NCBI GenBank assembly: GCA_951406725.2
Contig: OX597815.1
Span: 189,720,001 to 189,784,000 of the forward strand
From: Octopus vulgaris
Lineage: Eukaryota
Length of the DNA: 64,000 bases
Direction: 5' to 3'
Shown: piece after piece, positions 37,269 to 51,371 of the stretch
Numbering within the stretch: position 1 is the first letter of the stretch
Layout of the letters: each line of letters begins with the position of its first letter
The notes under the pieces: model-generated
The model's input: only the letters and a program-made list of their open reading frames with translations
Told to the model about the DNA's origin: nothing
The model's database searches: none
Program-made: the position numbers and the translations under genes

Positions 37269-37742
37269 TATCACTTAGGTTGATGAGGGAAGGATGACCT
37301 CCCTTAGCAAAGTGTGCCTAAAGCCAGCTGGAGGAGATGTTCTCCTGGGGCTACACGCTACAATAACACCCACCCTTAGTGGTTAGCCATATTGAGATGG
37401 CAAATATACCTCACATATTTGTAAAGGATTTTGCTTAAAAGCTTCAGATTTCTTTTAAAATTACAGATAGACTAGAAAGCAAAACCTGAGCAGAGACTAA
37501 TAAAAAAAAAGGGGTCGAAAATGAAATGAAACTAAATAAAATAATTATTTCTATGGTTTTGTTGTGGTTAGATAAAGGCATTGAATGTCTGCAACAGCAG
37601 TTACAATATGTGTCCACTGAGAAAACTATAGAGGAATCAAACAAGGTAGCACTTAAATGAAACATTCTATGAAGCAAGCATTTACAGAAGGCGCTTCTAC
37701 ATTATAACTCATTCTGCTAGATGTAACACCGAATCTCTTTCA

Positions 37743-38178
37743 ATCATCATCATCATCATTGTTTAACATCTGCTTTCCATGCTAGCATGGGTTGGACGAA
37801 TGACTGAGGGCTGGTGAACTAGATGGCTGCACCAGGCTTAAATTTTGATCTGGCAGTGTTTCTACAGCTGGATGACCTTCCTAACGCCAACCACTCCGAG
37901 AGTGTAGTGGGTGCTTTTACATGCCGCCGACATGGGGTCAGGTCCAGTCAGGCAGTACTGGCAACGACCTCACTCAAATCTTTTACATATGCCACCGGCA
38001 CAGGTGCCAGTAAGGCGATGCTGGTAATGATTATGCTCGAATTGTGTCTTTTACATGCCACCAGCATGGAGGCCAGATAGCCACTCTGGCAACAATCACG
38101 CTCGGATGGTGCTCTTAATACCCTACAAGCACAGAGCTCGAGTGCCAGTAAGGCGACGCTGGTAACGATCACGCTCGA
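37743..38178 (-). mobile_element. Family C with tandem internal units
   Basis: Match. Confidence 0.85.
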
Positions 38179-38839
38179 TAAAAAAAGGAAAATACTTTGA
38201 CGAATGTAGTTTTGGATGCATAACTCCTGAACAAAAAAATAAAAGGTCCATTCCTTAGTCCTTGACTCTGTTATAACCATCACAACTAAGATCATACTGC
38301 AGAACCAGCATCATAGTTTTAGCCTCATGTGTGGAATGCCCCTAATAATTGTTCTGCTTGATTAATCAGAACAAATTTAGGATTTAACTACAACAGGTAT
38401 TCACCTTCTAAAAGCTTTAACAAATTACATGCAAAAATAAAAGAAAAAATTCTAAACCTATTACGATTTTACTGTATTGTGTCCAAACCTCCTTCCTCTC
38501 CTCCTTCAGGCTCTGAATTAACCCCTACACCAAGTTCTCCCTTTCCAAAAACATCAGCTTTTTTGAAATTCCCTCCATGCCAATGTTTTTTTCCCTGTAG
38601 CTGTCAACTTGTAATTTCCAGCTATTCATGAGGAACATTAATTGTGTCGATCTGACTGGTCTCAGAAGACCCTGTGAAGGATACGGTTGCAGGTCCTTCC
38701 TCCAGACCAAACTAATAAATATAAATGCTCTGGATGAGAAAACATAAACAATCTACCTGTAATAACAGCACATCAACACAGTTTTCAAAAGTAATCTCTG
38801 AAGCTTTCTCACCTAATTAAAATCTCTCCAATAGAATTG

Positions 38840-39002
38840 CATGCATAGACACACACACACAGGTGCATTTGTGTACATGCACAGACACAGACACACACAC
38901 GCACATACATGCAAACATATACGTATGTGTGTATATATGTGTATGTATATATATGTGTGTATGAGTGTGTTTATGTATCTCTCTCTTTCTCTCTCTCTCT
39001 CT

Positions 39003-39036
<34 letters not shown>

Positions 39037-39385
39037 GAACATATATATGTATATATATGAACATATATAATGGTATATATTCATATGCATATACAAATAT
39101 GCATATATATATACATATATACATGCACATATACATACATATGTGTATATCTGTCTAACTACCTACCTGTTTATATATACATACATACATACATACATAT
39201 ATACACATATATATATATATATATATATGTATATATGAACATATATAATGGTATATATTCATATGCATATACACATATGCATATATATTTATACATATAT
39301 ACATGCACATATACATACATATGTGTATATCTGTCTAACTACGTACCTGTTTATATATACATACATACATACATACATATATACA

Positions 39386-39431
<46 letters not shown>

Positions 39432-39580
39432 TCATACATATCATATGTGCATATATATATATGTATATTTATGTATCTATCTATATGTATATAATATACA
39501 TACAATTATACATCTGCGTATATATATATTTATATATATATATATATATATATATACAGATGTATATGTGTATGCATTGC
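38840..39580. repeat. TA/CA low-complexity tract with a ~178-bp duplication
   Basis: GAACATATATAATGGTATATATTCATATGCAT occurs twice. Confidence 0.85.
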
Positions 39581-39959
39581 TGTATATTCTGTGCAATTAT
39601 GGGAAGTCTTAGTTGAAGGGAACGGGATGCCCTCTAGAGATCAGAACAGAATAACTGAATGATTTTCTGCAGAAGTGAATTCTAAAAGTTAGGAATTACT
39701 GACATGTGTGGTTCAAGGAGGGAAACAGGAAATGCCATGAAATGAAGTTTTGTCTAGTAAACACTTAAGGTGGAGATTTTTGCAGAATCATTAAAGCATC
39801 AGACGTAATGTCTTCTAGTATTTAATTCCAGCCCTTTGTTTTCTGAGTGCAAGTCCTTGCCTTCCCCCTTTCCAGAGTTAATAAAATAAATGCTGGCCGA
39901 ATACCTTAGTCCATTTAGACAACAGATAGGTAAGCGTAGTGAAGGCATGTGGTTTAGTA

Positions 39960-40370
39960 GTGGCAAGCTGGCAGAAATGTTAGCACGCTGGGCGAAATAT
40001 GTAGCCGTATTTCACCTACCGCTACGTTCTGAGTTCAAATTCCGCCAAGGTCGGCTTTGCTTTTCATCCTTACGGGGTCGATTAAATAAGTACCAGTTAT
40101 GCACTGGGGTCGATGTTATCGACTTAATCCGTTTGTCTGTCTTTGTTTGTCCTCTCTGTGTTTAGCCCCTTGTGGGTAGTAAAGAAATAGGTATTTTGTC
40201 TGCCGCTACATTCTGAGTTCAAATTCCGCCGAGGTCGACTTTGCCTTTCATCCTTTTGGGGGTGATAAAATAAGTACCAGTTACGCACTGGGGTCGATGT
40301 TATCGACTTACTCCCTTTGTCTGTCCTTGTTTGTCCCTTCTATGTTTAGCCCCTTGTGGGCAATAAAAAA
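39960..40370 (+). mobile_element. SINE B2 dimer (full unit + headless unit)
   Basis: Junction AAAGAAATAGGTATTTTGTCTGCCGCTAC at ~40181-40209. Confidence 0.9.
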
Positions 40371-40912
40371 AAGAATAAAAATAAAATAAAATAAGAATCA
40401 TCTTTGCATGGAAATGCAAGCATTCTCTGCAGGGTTCTTGAAGCATGATCAGTAAACAAGTGTCACCTTAGTCTGCTGGCTCTAGGCAGCTGACACTTCC
40501 AATCATACCCAGCAAAATAAAGATGAGAGTTTATATGATATAACAACAACAACAACAATGATAATAATAATCTTTCACAGCTACAAATCAAAGTGATACC
40601 AGCTAAAGTTTGGGAAAGTGAACGTGATATGCAAGATCACCCACTTCATGGTGTTTTTTGATATTCTTTGCCTTAGTAAAAGATGCAATGCTTGTGGCTG
40701 AAATATCTTAAAAGTGTGGGGAGGGGGTAATCTCTGACTAAGCAACAACAACAACAACAACAATGGAAAATGATGTAAATAATTCTTGAGAGCTGTTTTA
40801 ATGTTTCTGCAAATATAGTTAATATTTTACAAAAAACATCCAAAATAATAGTATCCAAAATAAATATGAAACCCAAGTTAACAGAACTTTCAAAAATTGT
40901 TGTATAGTATAA

Positions 40913-41562
40913 GTGCAGGAGTGGCCATGTGGTAAGTAGCTTGCTTACAAACCACATGGTTCCGGGTTCAGTCCCACTGCGTAGCACCTTGGGCAAGTTT
41001 CTTCCACTATAGCCTCGGGCCAACCAAAGCCTTGTGAGTGGATTTGGTAGATAGAAACTGAAAGAAGCCCGTTGTATATATGTACATATATATATGTGTG
41101 TGTGGAGGTGCCATGGTCCAGTGGTTAGGGCAGCAAACTCGCGGTCGTAGGATTGCGGTTTCGATTCCCAGACCGGGCGTTGTGAGTGTTTATTGAGCGA
41201 AAACACCTAAAGCTCCAGGAGACTCTGGCAGGGGGTGGTGGCGATCCCTGCTGTACTCTTTCACCACAACTTTCTCTCACTCTTTCTTCTGTTGGCCTGC
41301 TCACTTAGCCAGTGGGGTGGCGTCATTTGAAGGCTAAAACAATGCGAAGCGCACTGTGACCAGCGATGTGTAGCAACATCTGATAGCCTGGTCGGTCATG
41401 TGATCACGTGATATATATATATGTGTGTGTATATGTTTGTGTATGTATGTTTGTCCCCCCAGTGTCACTTGACAGCCGATGTTGGTGTGTTTACATCCCC
41501 GTAACTTAGCAGTTAGGCAAAAGAGACCGATGGAATAAGTACTAGGCTTACAAAGAATAAGT
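40913..41562 (+). mobile_element. SINE A with SINE D2 (41103-41412) nested in its internal microsatellite
   Basis: A 5' half, full D2, A 3' half. Confidence 0.88.
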
Positions 41563-42216
41563 GCTATTTCTGCTATTTATTACACTTTCTTTTTTCCTTC
41601 ATTCATTTTCAAATGTTTTTGGTTTGCCATAATTGCTTATTTCTGCTAATTAAATAGCATTCATTATATCGTATCTCCTATTATTCACAGTATCTTTTTT
41701 TATAATATGGCCATCACTCCTAATCGAATATGACTTGGTAGCAACGTGCACAATGAATTTCTCTAAAACTATTTTTTAAGAGCTCATGTAATCATGGCAA
41801 ACTCAAATACACAAACACACTTTTAATCCTCCCACCCTTCACTCAAAAGAACATCCGAAACATGACAGCTAGAGGGAGAGAGCGGGTTCCAACTTCTTAC
41901 ATAATAAATGCATTAAAAATAAAACTTCCTTGATAATGGAAAGTTCACAATGACAACATCACAAACCCCCAAGGAGCCATTATTTAGGAAGTTTACTACA
42001 TAAACATTACAGGAATGCTAAATGGTTTGGTGAATGGAACGGCAGTACAATACTGGAGCATGACATATCATTGTATAATTAGTTTCTTTTGATGGCATTC
42101 AATCAATGCTTCCAAGTGAAATGGTGCAGTTGATGGAATCTACACCAGATTCTTAACATTCTTAACCCCAGAGCTATTTATTTAATTTTATTTTATATTT
42201 GCTTTTTAGCTCCAGT

Positions 42217-42551
42217 GTGAAGGTGCATAGCTTAGTGGTTAGAGCATAGAGCTTAAGATCGTGAGGTTGTGAGTTCAAATCTGGAACCAGGCTGTGTGTG
42301 GTGTTCTTGAGCAAGACACTTTATTTAATGTTACTCCAGTCCACTCACCTGTAAAAATGAATAGCAACATCACTGGTGCCAAGCTGTATTGGCCTTTACC
42401 TTTCCCTTGGACAACATCAGTGGTATGGAGAGGAGAGGCCGGTATGCATGGGCGACTGCTGGCCTTCCACAAACAATCTTGCCCTGACTTGTGCCTCAGA
42501 GGGTAACTTTCTAGGTGCAATCCCATGGTCATTCATGACCAAAGGGGGTTT
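42217..42551 (+). mobile_element. SINE family E
   Basis: Matches 24056-24396. Confidence 0.85.
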
Positions 42552-42919
42552 CCTCCTCCTTAGATCCAGTGGTTAGGTTTCTCATGGATATCTCTGGTTC
42601 CCCATGTTAGTTTCAAATATTGGAACAAGGCCAGCAAGTTTCTATATTTAGAATCCCCTTAAATATATGTGTGTGTGTGTGTGTGTGTGTTTCTCTTGAT
42701 GCTGTGCAATACTTGCAAATAAGCGTCACCATCATACTAATACTGTCACTTGCTTCTAATCTTTCATGAAAACATGTGCAGCCATGGGGAAATATTAACT
42801 TGTTTAGAAGCAAGTGAAGGTAGGTGACAGGAAGAGCATCTAACTCTTTACTCTTTCTTTTACTCTTTTACTTGTTTCAGTCATTTGACTGCGGCCATGC
42901 TGGAGCACCGCCTTTATAA

Positions 42920-43268
42920 TAATTTCAAATTTTGCCACGAGGGTAGCAACTTTGGGGAAGGGGATGAGTCGATTACATTGACCCCAGTGTTCAACTTGTC
43001 CTTATTTTATCGACCCCTAAAGGATGAAAGGTAAAGTCAACCTCGGCGGAATTTGAACTCAGAACGTAAAGACAGACAAAATTTTGGAGGGGAAGGGTAC
43101 CAGTTGATTAAATTGACCCCAGTATGCAGCTGGTTCTTAATTTATCAACCCCGAAAGGATAAAAGGCAAAGTTGACATCGGTGGAATTTGAACCTGGAAC
43201 ATAGCGTCAGGCAAAATACTGCTAAGCATTTCGTCAAGTTCGCTAACGATTCTGCCAACTCACCACCT
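42920..43268 (-). mobile_element. Two tandem SINE B1 units
   Basis: Core motif twice. Confidence 0.8.
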
Positions 43269-43552
43269 ATAGAAAAAAAACTACCTGAATTATTTCCATC
43301 TGACTTTGCAAGCATAGAAACAATGATCATTATTATAATGATGATCACACACATGACATACTTCAGCTCTAAACTCTAATGTACCATGCAATGGGATCAA
43401 ACCCCAAAGTATATGATTCGAGGGTAAATTTATTAAATAATAATGTTTTTTGAACCCTAGAAGAACTGGAGGTGAAGCTGGCCCTTGCACGGTTTGAATT
43501 CATGCCGCTGTATCACTGTGATAAGGCATTTATTGTTTTCTTCTAAAAATCT

Positions 43553-43990
43553 CAGGAGGCATGGCTGTGTGGTAAGAAGCTTGCTTCCTAACCACATGGT
43601 TCAGGGTTCAGTCCCACTGTGTGGCACCCTTAGGTAAGTGTCTTTTACTATAGCGTCAGGTTGATCAAAGTGTTGTGAGTGGATTTACGTAGATGAAGAC
43701 CGAAAGAAGTCCATCATACATATGTATGTATATGTGTGTGTCTTTGTGTCTGTGTTTATCCCCACCACCACCAACACCACTACTACTACTACTATTTGGC
43801 AACCGGTGCTGGTGTGTTTGTATCACCATAATTTATTGGTTCAGCAAAAAAGACTAATAGAATAATTACCATGCCTTTTAAAAGAGAAGTATTGTGGTTG
43901 ATGCATTTGAATAAAAATTCTTCAAGGCAATGCCCCAGTATGGTCACAGTATAATGGCTGAAACAAATAAAAGAAAAAATAAAAGAAAAA
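43553..43990 (+). mobile_element. SINE family A (diverged)
   Basis: Head and tail match. Confidence 0.8.
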
Positions 43991-44169
43991 GTTATATCTA
44001 ATACCAGAAATTATTGTTGTACTTTACCTTGTTTAGCATGTACAAAAATATAAAACACATCTTCCACTAGCAAAGGAACCTGTACAAGCTGTCGGAAATA
44101 ACAGCCAAATTCCTGTTAAACCACACTCTCTAAATCTAATAGAACACATCAAGTGTGTTACATTGTTAA

Positions 44170-44567
44170 TCTCTCTATATATAAAGCTGAAGTTGTCCGT
44201 GTATGGCAGGTTTGGTAGCCTTCAACTAACACTATCTCCTCCGAGACCCTGCAGCACAAGTTGACCAAAATTGAGAGTATGATAGAAGAAGGCTTGCTCT
44301 TCCTTCCGTAGAAGATAAAATTCAAATCGGACCATGTTAAGACCAAAAATTATTTACATCAAAGAGGTGCTTTTTTTCTATGAAAATCCCTATTTTTTAC
44401 GATTTTTTTACTGCTGTGTCGCCATTTATCGGTGTATTTCAACCAGAAAAATGTTCACTTAAAGAGAATAACAAGCTACATAATGCAAAATTTTTACTTT
44501 TCAAAAATTCCAATTCTAAAGGGTCGAAAAGAAAACAAGCCTGAGCAACGCTGGGCTATACTGATAG
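44170..44567 (+). mobile_element. Non-autonomous Helitron
   Basis: A|TC 5' end (TCTCTCTATATATAAAGC), subterminal hairpin GCCTGAGC AAC GCTGGGC, 3' end ATAG|T (CTAG-like), no TSD. Confidence 0.7.
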
Positions 44568-45598
44568 TTTTTAATAAATGAAATATGTTTCCCAATGAGT
44601 TTCTGGACAAACCTATAATCTATCCGGGACCTAACTGTTAGTTAATTTGCTGTGCATATTCATAAGAGAACCTTAACTTTAAAATTACTAATGAATGATT
44701 AATTTCGAATGTAAAAGCTTGGCAAGGGTTAATATAGCATACCAACACAATGATGCTATCTTGCATAAATGATAGTAAACATTAAAATATGGAACCTAAA
44801 TAGATTTTTTTTTTTTAATGTTTCCATAGGAAATCTGATTATGATCATTAGTAGAATGCACTAATGACTAAATAAAAACAAACAAAAATATTATCAACCG
44901 ATTTCACATTACAGCATCTGGTAGTTTCAATATTTTTTCAATAAGAATTTAAATATCTTTTAGTATTTTCATGCAGCGCTTTCTTTCTGACAGGAAATTG
45001 ATTATGATCAGCTTTTTATAATTAGGGAAACAACTGTTTTAACCTTATCAGTAGAAAGAGAAATGTATATAGATAATTTTAATAGGAACTAAAATATGTC
45101 CTAAGGTTTCAGCTGACTAGAAATGTAAATTGTTAGGATAATAACTACAAGATAATATCAGAAGGAAACTCCATGCATCCATTATCAGTATGGAGAAATG
45201 GATGTGAAATCAAGAATGAATAAATTAAATGCTCTGACTAGGAAACTGAATATGTTTTGATATTCACAACAGGAAATTGATTGTGTTTTAATGGCCTCAC
45301 TAGGAAATTAAATGTATTGATAGAGAAACTAAGTATCTGATAGCAGTTTAAATAACAACCAGTAGAGAGAAAATAGTGCAGCCAATTTAGTGTGTTCGGG
45401 TTTCCTTTTGCTTGACTCCATATTAGGAAGTGGGCAAGAGAAATAAAGTCATAAATTTTGAGTGAGTACTCAAGCTATAAAGCTCTAAAATAACGTTGCT
45501 TCTGATCGTTAGATCTTGACGAGTTTATTGAGTCATTTTTGATGAGTTACACTTCTTGTCTCTTTGTTGTCAATGATTTTAATACTTTTTTTTTTCAG

Positions 45599-45816
45599 CT
45601 CTTTACTCTTTTACACTTTTACTTGTTTTCAGTCATGTGACTGTGGCCATGCTGGCGCACCGCCTTTAGTCGAGCAAATCGATCCCAGGACTTATTCTTT
45701 GTAAGCCTAGTACTTATTCTATCAGTCTCTTTTGCCGAACTGCTTAGTTACAGGGATGCAAACACACCAGCATCAGTTGTCAAGTGATGTTGGGGGGCAC
45801 AAACACAGACACACAA

Positions 45817-45901
<85 letters not shown>

Positions 45902-46062
45902 TATGATAGGCTTTTTGCAGTTTCCGTCTACCAAATCCACTCACAAGACTTTGGTTGGCCTGAGGCTATAGTAAAAGACACTTGCCCAAAGTGCCATACA
46001 GTGGGACTGAACCCGGAACCATGTGGTTGGTAAGCAAGCAACTTACCTCACTCCTGTGCCTA
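45599..46062 (-). mobile_element. SINE family A
   Basis: Full match. Confidence 0.9.
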
Positions 46063-47454
46063 TATATGGTATGAAATCTATAAAGTCAGGTAGAAAACCA
46101 ACCATCCACTGACTTAAGAAACCTTATCTTTATAAAATAACATTGACAACTACATGTGAAAAATTAAGAAGTTCAAACTATGATTCACTTTAAAGAAATA
46201 ATTGAAAATATTAAAAACTAGTTATGGTTAGAAGCTGCTTAATATAAACTTGTCATACAAATACTGTAGATGCAACATTGTGCTTATATTGCAATCATAT
46301 TCTTTGATGTGTATTTACAAAGGCAAAGTGGATGTCTCTGACATATTTAGGGTGCTGAATCTAGGAATTACTCTTAAATGTTTGGTTGCTATCTTTTATG
46401 TGTTGGACGAAGCAGAAACGACTAGGACTTTACTTTCCAACAGCAACAACATATAATCTTTTAAAAGTGTTGATATTTCATTCAAAACAAAAGCTTATTG
46501 AAATAAATGTTTTGTTTGGTAAATTCAAAGCAGACATTTCATCTACGTCATCATTATCATGTCTTTATTGGCAGATTTTTCCGAAACAGTCTGTCATTGT
46601 GTCACAATCTAAACCACGAATTAACTGTAGCAAATAAGAAATTTTGTTTGAAGTTTTTAATGTGACTTCTGTTAAAAGAAGTGGAAATAGAATAGGTAAA
46701 TAGAAGAATATCTAGTTCACAAAAGGTAAAAAAAAAAAATTAATGATTTATAAAGTAATTATTATCTATTTTCCAAGAAGCAAATTCTCTCTGAAATGAT
46801 ATTAAGAAATTATATTTGCTTCAATTATTTGTTACGATATTTTATTATCATGTTTTAGTACTTCATTGTCTAACATGGTTGCTAGCCAATCAAAAACATC
46901 TATTATCCATACACCAATTTTATCTTTATTCACTTCTCATATTTACTCAGTATATAGAAATTCCACTTTGTATTGTAAACTGTGTAATCTTTAAATTGAA
47001 ACCAAAATTTAAGAACTCATTGTCTCATGTCACATATGAACCCATATTTATCAAATTATCTTATATATTTCCATTAGGTGTAAATTGATTTGGCTTCGAG
47101 GCAGCTAACACTGTTTTCACTATAATACGTACCTAATTACTAACGGTATATCAATTGTGTGAGAGAAGAAAACGCAGGGTTTTCAAACAAATTAATGCTA
47201 ATGATAGACTCAGCTGCTGTTTCATAAATAATCAAAAGATATTTATACATATCAAAAGAATCCAATTACATTTTACCTTAACTTTTAATGTGATGTTATT
47301 TCATTGTTGTTTGATTCTTGTAGGAAATATTTACCAATGTTTTCCTTTTCTTTTCATAGAATCCAATATTACTTTGAAATATCAAATGAATAGCTGGAGA
47401 TCAAAGAAAAAGTGGGTAGCATTACATTTTAAGAATTGTTCAGACTCCAATTTT

Positions 47455-48045
47455 CATGATGACGATGGTGATGGTGGGTGGTAGTGGTGGTGGTGGTGGT
47501 GGTGGTGGTGGTTGTGGTGATGACGCCAACATCGATGACAATGATGACAACGACGATGTTAAGGAGAGGGGAGAGAGAGACGAGGGGAGGGTGATGATGA
47601 TGATGAGAACGATGGCAATGGCGATGATAAGAAGGAGGGGAGAGAGACGAGGGGAGGGTGGCGATGGTGGTGGTGATGACGATGAGAATGATGACAACGA
47701 CGATGATAAGGAGGAGGGGAGAGAGACGAGGGGAGGGTGGTGATGGTGGTGGTGGTGGTGGTGACGACGATGATATTGATGACAATGATGACAACGATGA
47801 TTATAAGGAGGCGTGGAGACGAGGTGAGGGTGGTGGTGGTGGTGGTGGTGGTGGAGATGATGATAATGATGGCGACGATGAGCACGATGACCATGATGAT
47901 GGTGATGATGGCGATGACAACAGTGATGACAACAACAACGATAATGATGAATGACAGTGGTAATGGTGAAGGTAGTGAGTGATACATATGATGACAACAA
48001 CAACAACAGCTGCAATGTTGACAATGCTGACGAAGATGACGATTT
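47455..48045. repeat. GAT/GGT/GAC low-complexity tract with recurring AGGGGAGAGAGACGAGGGGAGGGTG units
   Basis: Unit seen three to four times in 47560-47835. Confidence 0.85.
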
Positions 48046-48113
48046 TTGGAAATAGAAATAATACATTTCTAAATCTCTGATTTAGAGAGATTTATGTATT
48101 TGCAGCACAATAA

Positions 48114-48697
48114 AGTGATAGCATGCTGTTAACTTAATGTGACAGTCCCATGAAAGGGAAGAATGCTACTGTTATTTAGTCCTAGGAAACACTGTTCCCT
48201 GTTGGACTAGACATATTTCCTGTGTCCTTATGTTTTCAAAGTGGAGACAAGCTCCTCCGCTCAGCAAAACCAGCAACCAGAGACTAGTTTCATATGCATT
48301 GCTCATCATCAGTCTGGAGTAGCATGGCTTGCTAGCTGTCGATGCTTATCTGCCTTTGAAAACATAAGGACAGAGGAAATGTTATTTCTTAACTTCCCAC
48401 AAGGGGCTACACACAGAGGGGACAAACAAGGATAGACAAACAGATTAAGTCAATTACATAGACCCCAGTGCGTAACTGGTACTTAATTTATCGACCCCAA
48501 ATTTGAACTCAGAACGTAGCAGCAGACGAAATACCGCTAAGCATTTCGCCCGGCGCTAGCGTTTCTGCCAGCTCGCCGCCCTAAAACACAGGAAATGTGT
48601 CAAGTCCAACAGGAAATGGTGTTTCCTAGGGCTAAATAACAGTAGTATTCTTCCCTTTCATGGGACTGTCACATTAAGTTGACAACATACTATCACT
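48114..48697. mobile_element. Kolobok-like MITE, ~125-bp TIRs, right arm interrupted by SINE B2 (48383-48582)
   Basis: ATAA|AGTGATAG...CTATCACT|TTAA (AG..CT termini, TTAA-type target); SINE TSD ~CAGAGGAAATGT/CACAGGAAATGT. Confidence 0.75.
48277..48317 (-). ncRNA. Hammerhead ribozyme motif inside the MITE spacer
   Basis: CCAGA CTGATGA TGAGC AAT GCATA T GAAAC TA GTC TCTGG; perfect 5-bp stem I, GUC site, imperfect stem II. Confidence 0.68.
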
Positions 48698-50034
48698 TTA
48701 AAGATGATGATGTAGATGATGATGCTGATGCTAACGAGAAGTAGAATATGAAAAATCATGTTGATGATAATACCCATTTATAATTGGGAGGGAAAAAATG
48801 GGTAAATGAACAGTGTCGAAACATCACCAAAACCAAAGTGCTAAGCCTTTACAAGTGGAACTAGAACTTATATAATACCAACAAAATATCTTGATTAAGG
48901 AATTCCAAAAATGAAAGGTAGATATAACCTTAAGCATACATTTATTTCTGAATCAAGAGAAATATTTCTCGCAAGAAACATTACTCAACTTACAATAATC
49001 AATATCAAATATTTTGGTATATTTACATTGATAAAATATGAAGAGGCAATCATTGTATAGTTTCATAAGCTGTTTGCAAACCAACTAAAGAGAATTATTA
49101 CCAGAGACAAGGAAGAGATTAAACAAAGCACTGAAGGAAAACAATCGCAATAACTATCAGAAAATTAAGTAAAAACCAGAGAAATATTAACCAAATATGG
49201 ATAATAATTTCTGCAAATTGATTTTATTGAGCATAATAAGGATTTAGGCAGGAAGGTAGGAGAAAGTAATAAAAGTGAAATATAAGAGTAAAAAAATATA
49301 TAAAACTAAATAGAAAACAAATTAGAGTCCATAAAGAATAAGATAATAAAATAAAATAATCAATATTGAAAATAAATTAGGGGATGTTAATTAATTAAAT
49401 TTGTAATGGAGAGCATAATATAAAACCTTTCTGATCAAATTCAGATTTTTATCAAATTTGTTTGTCAGTTAATCACTTAGGAACATATTTTGCTTTTTTT
49501 TATTATTAAAATCAGTCATCAATAACTCCTGTCATTATTTGTATAGAAATAATTTTTGTTTATTCTTCTCTTCACCATATTTGCAAATCTATGTGTCAAT
49601 AAAAGATATTTCTGAAACACACTACTGTCTTTTCCTTTCTCTGTTGTTATATTTGTTTCATATTTCCAGTTTTTCTCTATATGAAGGCACAGAAGAGAAA
49701 GGTTTAAAAATAATATATCTTACCATAAGTGACAGTTATAAAATAATAACTTAGTTTCTTTCAAAAGCCAGGTTCTACTTCTTAGATTGCGGTTTCAGAA
49801 CAATATTGCAATCTATAAATAGTCATCTGTACAAAAACAATATTTTCTCCATGCAGATGTCACCCTCAGTAGGTTTTCTAATTGCACACCATACAAGCTA
49901 TATCAGTAAAGATATAGCTGTGAGGTTAAGGAGTCTGCATAGCAACCATGAGGTTTTAGGCTTGATTCCACTGCTTACCACCTTTCACGGTTCAGTTTGG
50001 TACACAGAAACTGTACAAAGCCTGGTACACAGAC

Positions 50035-50375
50035 CACGTAAAAAGCACCATCCGTTCATGGCCGTTGCCAGCGCTGCCCCAACTGACCTCATGCTGGTGG
50101 CACATAAAAAGTACCATCCGTTCGTGGCTGTTGCCAGCCTCGCCTGGCCCCCGTGCCAGTGGCACATAAAAAGCACCATCCGATCGTGGCCGTTTGCCAG
50201 ACTCGTCTGGCACGTAAAAAGCACCCACTACACTCATGGAGTTGTTGGCATTAGGAAGGGCATCCAGCCGTAGAAACATTGCCAGGTCAAACTGGGCCTG
50301 GTGCAGCCTTCTGGCTTCCCAGACCCCAGTTGAACCGTCCAACCCATGCTAGCATGATAATGGTGATGATGATGA
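50035..50375 (+). mobile_element. Family C with tandem internal units
   Basis: Match. Confidence 0.85.
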
Positions 50376-50811
50376 TATATATATAAACCCAAGCTTAACA
50401 AACAATGATTAAGTTAATCTTATTTGGGGTTTAAAAATCTTATCCCTATAACTAAAACACAAAAAATATCTAAAAAGTACTGCTGGCATCATTTCTTAAA
50501 ATAAACATTGAAAAATGGTTTGGCATCATCTCTAAAAATAGCCAAGCCCCTACTACTGCTGTCCACAGGAACATATATAAAGAACAAAAGACAGCCAGTC
50601 AAGCACAGTTGAAACATTCCTGTCACAACCTGGGACCTTGAAGACTGCATGCAAGAAAGTATACTAGTCCCTTAATATTTGATGTTCAATATTTCATCTA
50701 TTCAATAAGACAATCAATACTTCATTTCATTTTACTATATATTCTATATTCTACTTTAATATTATAAAGAATACAAATAAAACATAAAAAGCAGACAGAG
50801 TTGGAATTCCT

Positions 50812-50841
<30 letters not shown>

Positions 50842-50846
<5 letters not shown>

Positions 50847-50978
50847 ATCCAAACAAGAAAGCACAAAAAAAACACAACAACGTGGGAACATGGAACAAAT
50901 ATAGTATTATTGGACGCTCAGGAAAGAAGGAAAGAAGGAGGGTTTAACGTTTCGAGCGGAGCTCTTCGTCGGAAACAT
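50842..50978 (-). mobile_element. Family H fragment in (TA)n, HHR variant at 50942-50976
   Basis: GTTT CCGACGA AGAGC TCC GCTC GAAAC GTT AAAC (U4C variant). Confidence 0.7.
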
Positions 50979-51138
50979 ATATATATATATATACATTTAA
51001 TGCATGTAATAAAGTGATCCATATGTTGAGAACCTCAAACATATTCTTCAGACGCAAACCACATGTATTATGACCTTTAAATAAATAATATTTATCTGTC
51101 ACCTGATGGAGAACCTTTTTGTTGAATTTTCTATCAAG

Positions 51139-51293
51139 GTGTGGTAAGTAGCTTGCTTACCAGCCACATGGTTCTGGGTTCAGTCCCACTGCATGGCACC
51201 TTGGGTAAGTGTCTTCTACTATAACCTCAGGCTGACCAAAGTCTTGTGAGTGGATTTGGTTGACAGAAACTGAAAGGAGCCTGTTGTATATAT

Positions 51294-51371
<78 letters not shown>

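Noticed and set aside
38460-38760. Coding-looking unique stretch on the minus strand
   Set aside because: Stops in all frames, weak donor site, no recognisable protein
41995-42050. NITGMLNGLVNGT, like a PIF1/Helitron helicase motif
   Set aside because: Single short motif without supporting flanking similarity
47429-48066. His/Pro/Asp/Gly-rich ORFs on both strands
   Set aside because: Low-complexity triplet repeat; no domain or splice evidence
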